Below, piece after piece: positions 1 to 10,558 of a stretch of 64,000 nt of DNA; position 1 is the stretch's first letter; the number at the start of each line of letters is the position of its first letter. The stretch lies in NCBI GenBank assembly GCA_977862235.1, contig OZ374561.1, positions 1,798,001 through 1,862,000 on the forward strand, written 5' to 3'. The position numbers and the translations under genes are program-made. This DNA is from Dudresnaya verticillata (taxonomy: Eukaryota). The notes under the pieces are model-generated. The model saw only the letters and a list, made by a program, of their open reading frames with translations, was not told where the DNA came from and did not search any database.

Positions 1-565
1 GACGCCATCGTTGCCATGACCTGCAGTTCCCTCATGCAGAACTTGTCCCCTGAAGAACAATGTGCGTGCACATCGCCTGCAAGCGTAGTATACTTCCGTT
101 TCTGCAGTCTCCATTAGCGAAACTTGGGGCACATAACGGGGCTGAGACTCTAGACGCACTTCCACTGGACCTCGAGAATGAAAAGAACGTCAAACACAAA
201 CTCAGTTTCCGGCGGCAACGAAAGGAGCATTTCTGGGCTTTCTTCGGACAACAAGAAATTTTTGTCAAGTAGTAATGCTTGGAAAATTAAGTTAAATAAG
301 GGTTTTCGAGAATGTGCGGACGGCATAGGGGGGATCCGCATCAGCAGAGGTCCCGCAGCACTTTGCTGCGAACCCCTCCGCACTTTTCTCAAGAGTATTC
401 CGTCCTTTTTCTGGACCACAAGAGCTGCAACTGCTGGGCGCGTCGGGAGTGAACGGAAGCCTTTTCTGCAGCAGCCTTCGCAGAGAGCACAGTAACGTTT
501 GTAACTTTCAACTGCTGCTGTTGCTTATTGCTCTCGAGTTCCCCGCTCCGTTGGCTACCATCAAC

Positions 566-1048
566 ATGGCACAACGGCTTTTGAAAGAGCACCGGGACCT
601 CCAGAAGGAGGCCAATCGAGTGGCCGACCCGGAAATTCTTCTTGCTCCTGTTAACGACAACATGTTCTGCTGGCGTGGTTCAATTCGAGGTCCGGAAGGC
701 ACTGCCTACGAAACTGGGCGTTTCCGTCTTGAAGTGACCGTCCCATCTTCATATCCATTAGCTGCTCCGAGCTTCCGTTTCCTCACAAAGATATTCCACC
801 CGAACGTCCATCCAAAGACTGGAGAGATATGCGTTGATATTCTCAAGAGCGCCTGGTCTCCAGCATGGACGCTTCAGTCGACTTGTCGAGCAATCATCGT
901 GTTGCTAGCCCACCCGGAACCGGACTCCCCTCTGAACTGTGACGCTGGAAACTTGTTGCGAAATGGTGATGATCGTGGTTTCCGCTCTGTTGCGAAAATG
1001 TACACGGCTCTGTATGCGTTGCAGTCAGGAAGTTCGTCGGGTTCATGA
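566..1048 (+). CDS. PEX4: Ubiquitin-conjugating enzyme E2, peroxin-4 (UBC21/PEX4 type)
   Basis: UBC core FHPNVHPKTGEICVDIL plus PEX4-typical AWSPAWTLQSTCRAIIVLLAHPEPDSPLNCDAGNLLR. First ATG at 566 (MAQRLLKE). Confidence 0.9.
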   Translation: MAQRLLKEHRDLQKEANRVADPEILLAPVNDNMFCWRGSIRGPEGTAYETGRFRLEVTVPSSYPLAAPSFRFLTKIFHPNVHPKTGEICVDILKSAWSPAWTLQSTCRAIIVLLAHPEPDSPLNCDAGNLLRNGDDRGFRSVAKMYTALYALQSGSSSGS

Positions 1049-1312
1049 TTGTTACTTTACTTGCTAGGGGCTATCAACGCTTCCGGCGTATTCACAACGT
1101 CATCTTTTGGGGTTTGTAAACACGCCTACCTTGCACCCCCAAGCGCAATGACCAAGGGAAGATGATATCTGCCAATGCTGCTTTTCTTTTTGCTCACTAT
1201 GTTTGCCGTCTTGGATGCCACTGTCCAGGGACGTTGCGCTGCATGCCTAGCCGAGAAGCGACTCTTAGCGGTTTGTATCACTGTTACTAGAGCTTGTATG
1301 AGTTGCAGTAAA

Positions 1313-1762
1313 CTATTGACCTGTTATCCCACCAGTCGCGTATACATAGCCGTAGAAGAGACCGATGAGCATAATAACCCCTATACCAACGAGAAACCCA
1401 GATTCATTGCTCCATGCGTTCGTCAGTTTCTCTACTCTTTCACCTTCGAAGTCTAACGGCTTCTCCTCAAAGTTCTCCGGCGGAAGTTCAAATACTCCGC
1501 CACGGTTGCTCTTTTCTTGGAGTTCCTTCCACGACGAGTCCCAATCTTGTGGCATGTCACTGTTACCTTCTTTATCGGTCGAACCTCCCTCGTCGCTATC
1601 GCTCATCCTTATCAAACCGGTATGGGAAGTGCGCCTTCTGCGACTTGACACTCTGCATCTGAGTGTACTGCTTCTGTTGCATCGCATATCACGGCCAATG
1701 GAGCATGGAGAGAAAGCAGCTATTAGTGGGGCTTGTACCCAACAAACCGCTAGGGGCGACAT
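1313..1762 (-). CDS. Hypothetical, probably plastid-targeted small membrane protein
   Basis: Ser/Arg-rich N-terminus like a transit peptide, acidic middle (DWDSSWKELQ), C-terminal hydrophobic helix (FLVGIGVIMLIGLFYGYVYA). Confidence 0.55.
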   Translation of the reverse strand: MSPLAVCWVQAPLIAAFSPCSIGRDMRCNRSSTLRCRVSSRRRRTSHTGLIRMSDSDEGGSTDKEGNSDMPQDWDSSWKELQEKSNRGGVFELPPENFEEKPLDFEGERVEKLTNAWSNESGFLVGIGVIMLIGLFYGYVYATGGITGQ

Positions 1763-2048
1763 GTCACGGTTGCTTTCGCTTAGACAGTCAGTTTCTGATA
1801 GTGGAGTTCCCTCTTTTCGCTGGCAGTATAGTCCTGGTAAGATGCCCCAGACAATTAACTTCGATGTTCCCCTCGTCTTGCCCGACTTGCTCTAGAATGG
1901 GTGCGGTGCAAGTTACCTCGTGTGACTCTGCTTGCGCAGCACTGGCGATTTGAGATTTTGATGAAAAAGCCGCAGGTTGCCTCTCTTCGTGAGCTCGCTG
2001 AAACGACATTTAGGACTAGGAATTCAATACTGGTCTAACATCCTGTCG

Positions 2049-2453
2049 CTACTTTGGAGACTCATTGTGATGTGCATGAGACTCTGTTGGCACTGCCTGA
2101 GGGTTTTGCTGAACTTCAGGCGCAGCAAGAGCTGGCACTTCTTCGGTTTGCGTCTTCTTCCGAATTTGGCGCAGCTCCTTCTTGCGCTTTCTCTTGGCCG
2201 CTCGTTTGATCGTCTTATTCACCTCTCTCATGCGTCTTTCCTCCGCGGCCTTGAAGAGGGCCTTCTCTTCTTTCTTCTGACCGGCCTCCTTTTCCATGCG
2301 CTCAAGTCTCTCTAGCTCGGCGCGGCGTTGTTGGCGGTAGACATGAAAGTCTCCGCTGCTTGCCCCGGCCGTACTCCCAGACACGTTTTTCGCCTGCACA
2401 TCTCGTGCGTCGAAGTTAGCATCAACTTTGGGCTCCACCCCCCTTTCCGCCAT
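2049..2453 (-). CDS. PRKRIP1: PRKR-interacting protein 1-like (DUF1168) spliceosome-associated protein
   Basis: Signature NVSGSTAGASSGDFHVYRQQRRAELERL followed by a charged coiled coil and KRAAKRKRKK. Confidence 0.85.
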   Translation of the reverse strand: MAERGVEPKVDANFDARDVQAKNVSGSTAGASSGDFHVYRQQRRAELERLERMEKEAGQKKEEKALFKAAEERRMREVNKTIKRAAKRKRKKELRQIRKKTQTEEVPALAAPEVQQNPQAVPTESHAHHNESPK

Positions 2454-3024
2454 TTCTTGAAACCGTCCGTATTCGGCCTGATGAACGAGGAGGCTGGTGC
2501 CACTGTGGCGAATATCCGGGGTGGACGATGTGGCATATTTTCAGAATTTGTGTTGATCCGAGGCCCGTAGGCGGCTTTACTGTCGTCGACCACTTCAAGT
2601 CGCGAATTAGTATGTACCTCTGACCATCCCTTGGAAGGATACACAACCGCCCTTCACAACTGTATCTGAATATCTGTGCATAGTTATTGCATAGGATCAC
2701 TTTATACTCGCAAAGTACACTACAGTACACAGCACAACAACGCAAGCGCAAATAGCCTGTATGAGGCATTTCCGACAAGAAGCAAAAGATCTCGCAATTC
2801 GTCAAGAGGGTAACACAGATCATTGAAACGGCTCGTATGGCCCATGCGTACGGCTCAGGCATCCGTACTGAGCCGAACTGTTGTTCCAAAGCGACCGTGA
2901 TCAGTCTTGCTTTCTCAAAGAGCCGCAGTTTCTTGTGATTAGGAGAGTGGACACTCTTCTTCCACCTCCACAAGGGAAACAACACGTGATATCCGTATCT
3001 GGCAAGCGTTTCGAATTTGCGAAC

Positions 3025-4212
3025 TCAGCTATCATCAACGTCTGGCTTCGACTTCCGTTGCTTCCGTATCCCCAACCTTTTACGAAGTCGCTCCCGCGCT
3101 GTGGATGTCGGTTTTCGAGAACCTCCTCTACCTCCCCTGCCGCTCCTACCACGCGCGCTGTTGAAGGAGCCCACCGCGCTTGGGCCTGCCTCTGTAGCAC
3201 CATTTGCAGCTGCTTGCATCGCAGCCTGGCCGCGACGCTCAAAACTCTCAAGAATGAGGCGGTTCATATCGCGCCTCTCCGCCCCACGCAGTACAGCCTC
3301 CAAATGTTCGTCATTACGTTGCGCATTACTCCGATTCTGCGGCACATCGTCACGACTGCTCGAGACGAGTGGTCCTACACGCTCGGTTTCTTCGTCGCTA
3401 TGGCGGAGTTCAACAGCATCCTCCCAGTCGTCTTCGCTATCGCTTGCACCGGGCGTCACAGCACCGACCGGGAATCCTGCCTGCAACAGCCTCTCCCGGT
3501 GAGCGTGCAAGGCACATACTGCTTCATCGAGGTCGTTCAAAAGCTGGGTCCGAAATCCGCGCACGCCGTCGAGCTGCGGCTGTGCTGCACCTGCCACGAT
3601 TTCATTACGGAGATTGGATAGGAGCGTCCGTTTTGTGCGCACAATGCCCCAGTTTGCTCGGACCTGCTCGACTAAGCCGTCATGGCCTGTGGCGTCACCT
3701 TCGCACAGGGCTTCTGCAACAGCCAACTGAGCCAATGGTTCGGACAACTGGGCAGTCTGGGTGACTAGCTGGGCTCGAAAATCAGATTCGGTTGGAGGTG
3801 GTGGCGGTGGTGAGGTTGGGTCGGACGGACGAAGATTATACTTGGCGACCAGTCTGGCAAGTAGGCGGGTGGTATCGCGATGGCGATCGCAAAGTGGACG
3901 CCAAGTCTCCACAAGAGCTGTTAGAGCACTACGAAAAGAGTCGGGTGGATGTTTTGGAAGGGCGAGGAGAGAATCGTCTCGCAGCACTGCAAAGCGACGG
4001 CTCTTTTCTGACGGGAGACTGAAGAGAGCGGTTATGAGATAAATGCGGGCCGGGCAGGAACGGAGACGGTGGAGCTCGCGGAGGGTTTCGCGCACGGGCA
4101 GTGCGGCGGCTGCAGCGCGAGCCGAAGAGAGCTTGTTCGGCGGATAAGGACGGGCAGAGCGCAGTAAGAACGGGAGCGCGGTACGAAGAGCGGTGAGGTG
4201 GGCGTGGTCCAT
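3025..4212 (-). CDS. UVSSA-like protein (tentative)
   Basis: 395-aa ORF from ATG 4212 (MDHAHL). Helical N-terminus (LPKHPP...ALVETW), acidic DSEDDWED and basic C-terminal STARERLRKRLG recall UVSSA; family recognition is from memory. Confidence 0.45.
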   Translation of the reverse strand: MDHAHLTALRTALPFLLRSARPYPPNKLSSARAAAAALPVRETLRELHRLRSCPARIYLITALFSLPSEKSRRFAVLRDDSLLALPKHPPDSFRSALTALVETWRPLCDRHRDTTRLLARLVAKYNLRPSDPTSPPPPPPTESDFRAQLVTQTAQLSEPLAQLAVAEALCEGDATGHDGLVEQVRANWGIVRTKRTLLSNLRNEIVAGAAQPQLDGVRGFRTQLLNDLDEAVCALHAHRERLLQAGFPVGAVTPGASDSEDDWEDAVELRHSDEETERVGPLVSSSRDDVPQNRSNAQRNDEHLEAVLRGAERRDMNRLILESFERRGQAAMQAAANGATEAGPSAVGSFNSARGRSGRGGRGGSRKPTSTARERLRKRLGIRKQRKSKPDVDDS

Positions 4213-4989
4213 GCGCCGGGGGCGGATGTTTGGTATGCGGGTGGGGGTGGGGGCGGGGGCGGGATGGGGGTTGCGGGAATTGGCTGCGTCGATGGGCGCT
4301 CCGCGGGGGGATGGAGAAGGGGGATGGGGGTTGCGGCGGGTATAAAAAGTTTTGGCGTGGAGTTTGCCGGGCACGGGCGGTGTTGGAAGGGGCGGGGGCG
4401 AAACCATGATGGCACAATTCACGCGGTGCGGCGCGGTGGAAGGCGGGCGCGCGGGGCACGTGGCGCGGGTCGGTTGGGCGCATGGCGCGGAAACACCGCG
4501 CAGATCTGCAGTGAGAGGTGTCAGCCACGTCCCGCGCCGCGCGGCGGATCGACGCGCGCGAGGCCCGCGCCGGCGCCAATTATTCGGAACTGCAAAACAC
4601 TTCGGTGCGCTCCCACCGCCCCAAATTCAACTGCAAATCCTCCCCGTCGTCGCCCCAATCGCAGCAGCGCCCGTCTCGCGCCGCGCTCGTCGATTGTCGC
4701 CACCCCCGCCGCGCTCCAGCATTCTTTTGCTCGTCTGCTCTTTCCAGACCGCCAAGCCCGCCCGCTCTCTAGCTCCCCACACTTATTCCCGCGGTACCTG
4801 ATACCCTTCCCTGTTCCCACCCCCCTCCCCGCGACTCCCCCGGCCCTCCCAACACCCCTACCCCCTCTCCAAGCCCTTCAACATCCCCATCATACCCTCC
4901 CGAGCGATCCGTGGCGCATTGCGGCGTGCTTCTTCTGACCGTCCACGCCAAACCATCCCGCTTCCACTCCACCACCCTCTTCCGCCCCC

Positions 4990-6562
4990 ATGACGCGCAG
5001 CATCGGTACGTTTTGCATCTTCTATTCCGCCCCATCCAATGCATCCCATGCATTCACTCCCCAGCCCATCCCCGTCCCCCACCTCCGACCACTGTCCTGT
5101 GCGTTTTTTGCATCCAGCGCAAGCTCGACTGACCATCCTCCCCTGTCTCACGCACGATCCGTTCTTCCACTTTCCAATCCAATGCATCCAACCACACCGA
5201 CGATCCAAACCAATAGTCAGTCTGCAGGCCGGCCAATGCGGCAACCAGGTCGGTGCCAAGTTCTGGGAGGGTATCTCTGAAGAGCATGGCATCAGTACTG
5301 AGGGCGTGTTCGTCGGCGACAAGCCGGATCAGCAGCTCGAACGAATCTCCGTCTACTACAATGAGTCCTCGAACGGCCGCTATGTCCCTCGCGCCGCCAT
5401 GGTAGACCTCGAGCCAGGAGTCATCGACGTCATTAAGAGCTCCAAGCGTGGTCAGCTTTTCCGTCCCGATAACTTTGTGTTTGGGCAGTCCGGCGCTGGA
5501 AACAACTGGGCGAAAGGCCATTATACCGAGGGTGCTGAACTCGTCGAGAACATTCTCGACGTTGTGCGGAGAGAGGCTGAGACATGCGAGGTGCTCCAGG
5601 GTTTCCAGGTCACGCATTCTCTTGGTGGCGGTACCGGCTCTGGTATGGGTACCTTGCTCGTGTCCAAGATCCGTGAGGAGTACCCCGATCGCATGATGTG
5701 CACTTACTCTGTTCTCCCGTCCCCGAAGGTATCCGACACCGTTGTCGAGCCGTATAACTGTACCCTCTCCATCCATCAGCTCGTCGAGAACGCCGATGCC
5801 GTCTTCACCATCGACAATGAGGCATTGTACAACATCTGCCACAAGAGTCTTAAGGTTGAACAGCCGTCTTATTCGGATCTCAACCGTCTCATTTCCAGCG
5901 TCATGTCGGGCATCACCTGCTCCCTCCGCTTCCCAGGCCAGCTCAACGCCGACCTTCGGAAACTTGCTGTTAACCTCATTCCGTTCCCACGTCTCCACTT
6001 CTTCGCCGTTGGGCATGCGCCGTTGGCTGCTCTTGACTCCCAGAGTTACCGGTCTCTGTCTGTTCCGGAGTTGGCTGGCCAGATGTTCGATCGCAACAAC
6101 ATGATGGCCGAGGTCGACCCGCGCGAAGGCCGTTACCTTACTGCTGCCGTCTACTTCCGTGGTAAGGTTAGCACAAAGGAGGTGGAGGACGAGATGGCCT
6201 CGATGCAGAGCAAAAACTCTGCTTTCTTCGTCGAGTGGATCCCTCACAACATCAAGACGTCGGTCTGCGATATCCCTGCCACTGGTGAGAAGATCTCCTC
6301 TGCCTTCATTGGCAACACTACCGCTATTCAGACCATCTTCCAGCGTGTTGGCGAGCAGTTCCGAGCTATGTTCAAGCGTAAGGCCTTCTTGCATTGGTAC
6401 AAGGGTGAGGGTATGGACGAGCTTGAATTTTCCGAAGCAGAGTCCAACATGGCTGATCTAGTGTCCGAGTATCAGCAGTACGGCGATGCCACCGCCGACG
6501 CCGGAGAGGAGTACGAAGAAGACTACGAAGAACAAGGAAATGAGGCCCCCGAAGAGATGTAG
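4990..6562 (+). CDS. TUBB: Beta-tubulin, two exons (4990-5005, 5217-6562)
   Basis: [26 protein letters not shown] and acidic tail. Splicing 5006-5216 gives [16 protein letters not shown]. Confidence 0.97.
5006..5216 (+). other. Spliceosomal intron (phase 1) of beta-tubulin
   Basis: GTACGT donor, GACTGAC branch-like site near 5127, AATAG acceptor; removal restores the frame. Confidence 0.9.
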
Positions 6563-7327
6563 AAACCTACTGCGTTTTGTGTCCCATTCTTTACCTCACT
6601 AGCAGGTCCCTAGATTGTTCGATTTTCATATTGACATTCCGGGGCACTGTATCTAATTGATCCACAGAGAAAGAAGCGACAGGTTTTGAGCGGGTAGGAG
6701 TAAGTGCGAGCAGCTCTTCTGAGATGAGCCGGGGATTTCCCTTACTGCTTCTCTTCGCCGTCGTGAGGGTTCTTTGATAGACTGGTCCTAATTGATAAAC
6801 AGAGAAAACGACTTGGTTGTATGTGCATAGCTAGATGGCCCATCTGTTTTCCAGAGCCTCCCTGACCCTTTGATCCGAACGGATCCTTTACTTTTGGAAT
6901 ACTCGGTCTGCATGCCTTAGCCTTGAAGCGTTGAGATCAATCGTCTCTAATGGACGGCATTTACAATCGTGAGTATCGTCGCTTTTGACGAACGCTCCGG
7001 GTGTTCAAAACAGCCACCTAGGTATGACGCCCGTCCTGGAAACAGTTGTAACAAAAGATGCAGGAACAGACAGAGCAATCAGTGTCGGTGGTAAACATTG
7101 GAGCACAAGACATACACAGCGCCTCGCAAGAGAATGCCCAGACTGAGAAAGATGTGTGGCAACAGTTGCTAAAATTATCTTGCTCTTCGCTGTGCTTCAA
7201 GTGCAAGTGCTGTGCTACAACAAACTCATGGTTTGCCAGCTCAGATCCGGTAATCCGAAGTGGAGAGAAATCTAGAATGGCCAAACAGCAATGCACGTTA
7301 CCCAATTTTACCTCTCATCAGGTGGCT

Positions 7328-8929
7328 CTAGTGCGCAGCCATACCTACAGCCCCCTTCATGGCCTCATCGACTACCTCACTGAGCGTCGGATGTGTATGT
7401 ACACAGAAGGCGAGTTCATCTACAGTCGTCCCCCGGGCCATGGCATTGGCACACTCCTGAATAAGATCCGCTGCATGGATTCCAATAATGTGGACACCCA
7501 GCAACTTGCCGTTGCTCTTGTTGAACAAAACCTTCGCGATACCATCGCCCTCTCCCTCCGCGAGCGCTTTGGAGTTTGCTCGAAAATGCCCGACCGACTT
7601 GCCAAGCTCGAAACCGCCGGCATCGGCCGCCTCCTTTGCCGCGGGCTCTGTAAGCCCAACCATAGAAATCTCAGGATGAGTGAAGCACGCAGCAGGAACT
7701 GTGTTATGGTCGACGACGTGCTCCGTCCCAGCGATATTCTCAACGGCACTGATTCCCTGTGCAGAAGCTGCATGGGCCAGCATCATCTTGCCGTTAACGT
7801 CACCGATCGCGTACACATGATCAATAACGTTTCCGTCCTTGTCCACTACCCGCATCTTCTCGTCTACTGGCACAAAGCCACGCTGTGTTTCAACGTTAAT
7901 GCTCTCGAGCCCAAGACCGGTCGTATACGGTGCGCGTCCGGTCGCAATCATCGCAGCATCCACATACAGAGTATCAACGGGCTCCTTGCTCCCAGCGTCG
8001 ATGAGCTCTATCACAACTGGTTTCTCCCCGGGAATTCCGGGGGTAACCTTGGATGCGAATACATTGGTATGGTAGTCAATTGGACGAGGGTTGATGAGCA
8101 GCCTCTGTGCAAGTCTAGAGATCTCAGGATCGAAGCCAGGCATCAAGTTAGGCAAAGCCTCAACGAATGTGACGTTCGAGCCGAGCGCAGTGTACACATC
8201 CGAGAACTCAAGCCCAATATAGCCGGACCCGACGATGGCAACCCACTCCGGAACCCACTCCATCTTGAGAGCAGCATCAGACGTAAACACCGTCTTGTTG
8301 TCGATTTCAATGCCCCTTGGAACAAACGGGACGCTCCCCGGCGCAAGAATGATGTCCTTCGCTGTGTACGTCTTCCCATCCGATCCAGAAATGCTCTGCG
8401 CACCAGTCAGCGTCGCCCTTGCGTTGATAATCTCCACACCAAGTGCGGCGAGCGAATTCGTCATATTGCCCTTAACCTTGGACGCAAGCCCATTAGCATG
8501 ATCCGCAACCCCCTGTCGGTCGTACGACACATCCGTGAGCGAGATGCCTAGCGCACGGAGATGATCTGCGTCCTTCATCTCCCGAACACGGCCAGCCGCC
8601 GCGAGAAGGGCCTTCGACGGGACGCAGCCGCGATTGACGCAAGTGCCACCCACATCGGCCGCCTCGAAAATAGCGACCTTGAGTCCCTTGGATACTGCAT
8701 GCAGCGCGGCGCCATGACCACCGACGCCGGCCCCAACGACGACGAGATCGTACTCAAACGCGGCACGCGGCGAGATCACGTGCTGACGGGTTGTTTGGCG
8801 GATCGACCACTGCGGGAGACGAGCTGCATACGAACGGTGCAAGCGGTACAGCGCGGCGCGGCGCGACGGGTCCACACTACCCGCGCTGGTGGCAGTGGGG
8901 AGCCGAAGCATCGGGGTGACGAAGGCCAT
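7328..8929 (-). CDS. LPD: Dihydrolipoamide dehydrogenase (E3), plastid/cyanobacterial type
   Basis: GAGVGG FAD fold, [13 protein letters not shown] redox disulfide, [17 protein letters not shown]-terminal MAF-type transit peptide. Confidence 0.95.
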   Translation of the reverse strand: MAFVTPMLRLPTATSAGSVDPSRRAALYRLHRSYAARLPQWSIRQTTRQHVISPRAAFEYDLVVVGAGVGGHGAALHAVSKGLKVAIFEAADVGGTCVNRGCVPSKALLAAAGRVREMKDADHLRALGISLTDVSYDRQGVADHANGLASKVKGNMTNSLAALGVEIINARATLTGAQSISGSDGKTYTAKDIILAPGSVPFVPRGIEIDNKTVFTSDAALKMEWVPEWVAIVGSGYIGLEFSDVYTALGSNVTFVEALPNLMPGFDPEISRLAQRLLINPRPIDYHTNVFASKVTPGIPGEKPVVIELIDAGSKEPVDTLYVDAAMIATGRAPYTTGLGLESINVETQRGFVPVDEKMRVVDKDGNVIDHVYAIGDVNGKMMLAHAASAQGISAVENIAGTEHVVDHNTVPAACFTHPEISMVGLTEPAAKEAADAGGFELGKSVGHFRANSKALAEGEGDGIAKVLFNKSNGKLLGVHIIGIHAADLIQECANAMARGTTVDELAFCVHTHPTLSEVVDEAMKGAVGMAAH

Positions 8930-9318
8930 GATTGCGGGTCTTTCGGCGGATCGGCGGCGCCGAGCAAGGATGCGGTGGCGATGCGGGTTCTAAGGCGTGC
9001 TCGGGGACATTCAGCGAATTCTCTTCGAGGAAGAAGACGGAACAAAATCGGGGTTCGTCGGTCTCGATCGGCGATGTGTGGCTGCGCGTGAGCAGCACCC
9101 GAATGGATCTGAGCGGGGAGCGTGACCGGCGACGTGGCGCCGTGACCGTCACGGCACGCTGTACTCCATTCGCGCACGAGCAGCGCTGATCCAACCGGCG
9201 AGAGCAGCTACTCCCGTCCGCGACGGCCCGCGACGGCGAACGACCCGAACAATAACCGGTGTAGGCAAGGCGAGCACGTCGATCGCTACACTCAGGGGGG
9301 TGTTTAGCTCACTGCAGA

Positions 9319-9840
9319 ATGGCGTCCGCGGTGGGGAGCGGAAGCACGGCGGGGGTGTGGCTGTTCCGGGGCCTGGCGCTGGGGTCGACGGCGTACGTGG
9401 CGGGGCAGCTGGCGCCGGTCATGCACCAGACGCCGGCGTTCCACGCAGTGGCACTGGTGTACTCGCAGGAGGCGCTTCTGGCAACGGAAGGGGTGCGGCG
9501 AGTGGGGCGACACGCACGGCGCAGCGTGGATGCACGGCGCAAGGTGGTCGAGGCTGGGGCGGTCAGGGCGCTGGGGCACGCGGTCGGGCGCGGGGACGGC
9601 GGGCTGCGAGAGGCGGCGTTGCTCGTGCTTGCGGACGTCTGCACGGATGCGGTTGGTGTGGATGCGGTGCTGAAGGACCGTGGGCTTGCTGACGGGCTTT
9701 GTCAAGAGAAGGACGCTGTTGGCATTTGGAGACGGGCTGTTGAGGTTGACGGGGGCGCGGAGAGAGTTAGAGAGGCACGGCTTTGTACGCAGTGCTGTGA
9801 GGAGGTCAGGGAGTTGTTGAGAGAGGCCGGGGCCTGCTAG
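9319..9840 (+). CDS. Hypothetical protein (helical, possibly ARM-like)
   Basis: 173-aa ATG-started ORF, divergent from LPD, with G/C-ending codons; no family recognised. Confidence 0.45.
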   Translation: MASAVGSGSTAGVWLFRGLALGSTAYVAGQLAPVMHQTPAFHAVALVYSQEALLATEGVRRVGRHARRSVDARRKVVEAGAVRALGHAVGRGDGGLREAALLVLADVCTDAVGVDAVLKDRGLADGLCQEKDAVGIWRRAVEVDGGAERVREARLCTQCCEEVRELLREAGAC

Positions 9841-10018
9841 CAGATGCTTGGCTTGTTGGTGGTGCTTGCTTCTGGTCTTTGTTTGTATCGTAGAGTGCTT
9901 GTATTCGGGGTCGCGGGGGTCGCGAATGGCAAAGATAGGGGGTCGGATGTAAGTTGTGTATAAGTACCGCGCCGAAAGGCGAGCGTTCACCAGCGGTGAA
10001 CACCCCCGCAGCTCAGAA

Positions 10019-10091
10019 GCTCCTGTAGCGCAATGGATAACGCGTTGGCCTCCTAAGCCAAAGATTGCGGGTTCGAGTCCCGCCAGGAGTG
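10019..10091 (+). tRNA. tRNA-Arg(CCT)
   Basis: Acceptor GCTCCTG/CAGGAGT, anticodon arm TTGGC-CTCCTAA-GCCAA, GGTTCGAGTCC T-arm, downstream T-runs. Confidence 0.95.
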
Positions 10092-10558
10092 GCGAGCAAC
10101 ATTAATTTTTGCATCTTTTTTTTCGTCCCACCGCCGCGGCCTTACAGCTTTACACCATTCATGCCCTCAGGAGATGTGACGCGAAATTCAGAAACGGCCA
10201 CAAACGCAGTTATCGCTGCCAATCAGCACGCGCCGCCAGACGCGATTGCTCTTCGATCACGACGCGGGCTGACGTGTTGGCGCGCTCGGCCCACCCCGGT
10301 CGCAGCCCACGCCGTCGAGAGCACAATGCGCCCGCGTCATCGCGTCATCGCGGCCCGCTGCGGCGGAGCCCGCCGCGCCCAGCCGTGCCGGCACCGCACC
10401 GTCAGCGCCGCCCGCCCGCCCGTCCGCCCGTCCGCCCGTCCGCCCGTCCGCCCGTCCGCCCGCCCACCGTTGTCCTACTCCACAACCTCCGCTGTCGTTC
10501 CAATTCCCGTCTGCCCTCGCTCGCATTCTGCGCTCGCGCGCAGCCTCCCCGGACAGCC

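Noticed and set aside
1..30. Possible - strand start (ATG GCA ACG ATG GCG) at the window edge
   Set aside because: Too little sequence to call.
4198..4938. Multiple overlapping ORFs in GC-rich intergenic DNA (also ~47570-48190 and 55245-56100)
   Set aside because: GC-rich promoter/UTR regions lack stops by composition; the translations are uninformative.
5039..5216. N-terminal extension of the tubulin ORF
   Set aside because: Intron sequence read in frame.
7058..8551. 497-aa ORF antisense to LPD (also 5054-6394 antisense to tubulin)
   Set aside because: Shadow ORFs produced by codon bias of conserved genes; no protein motifs.
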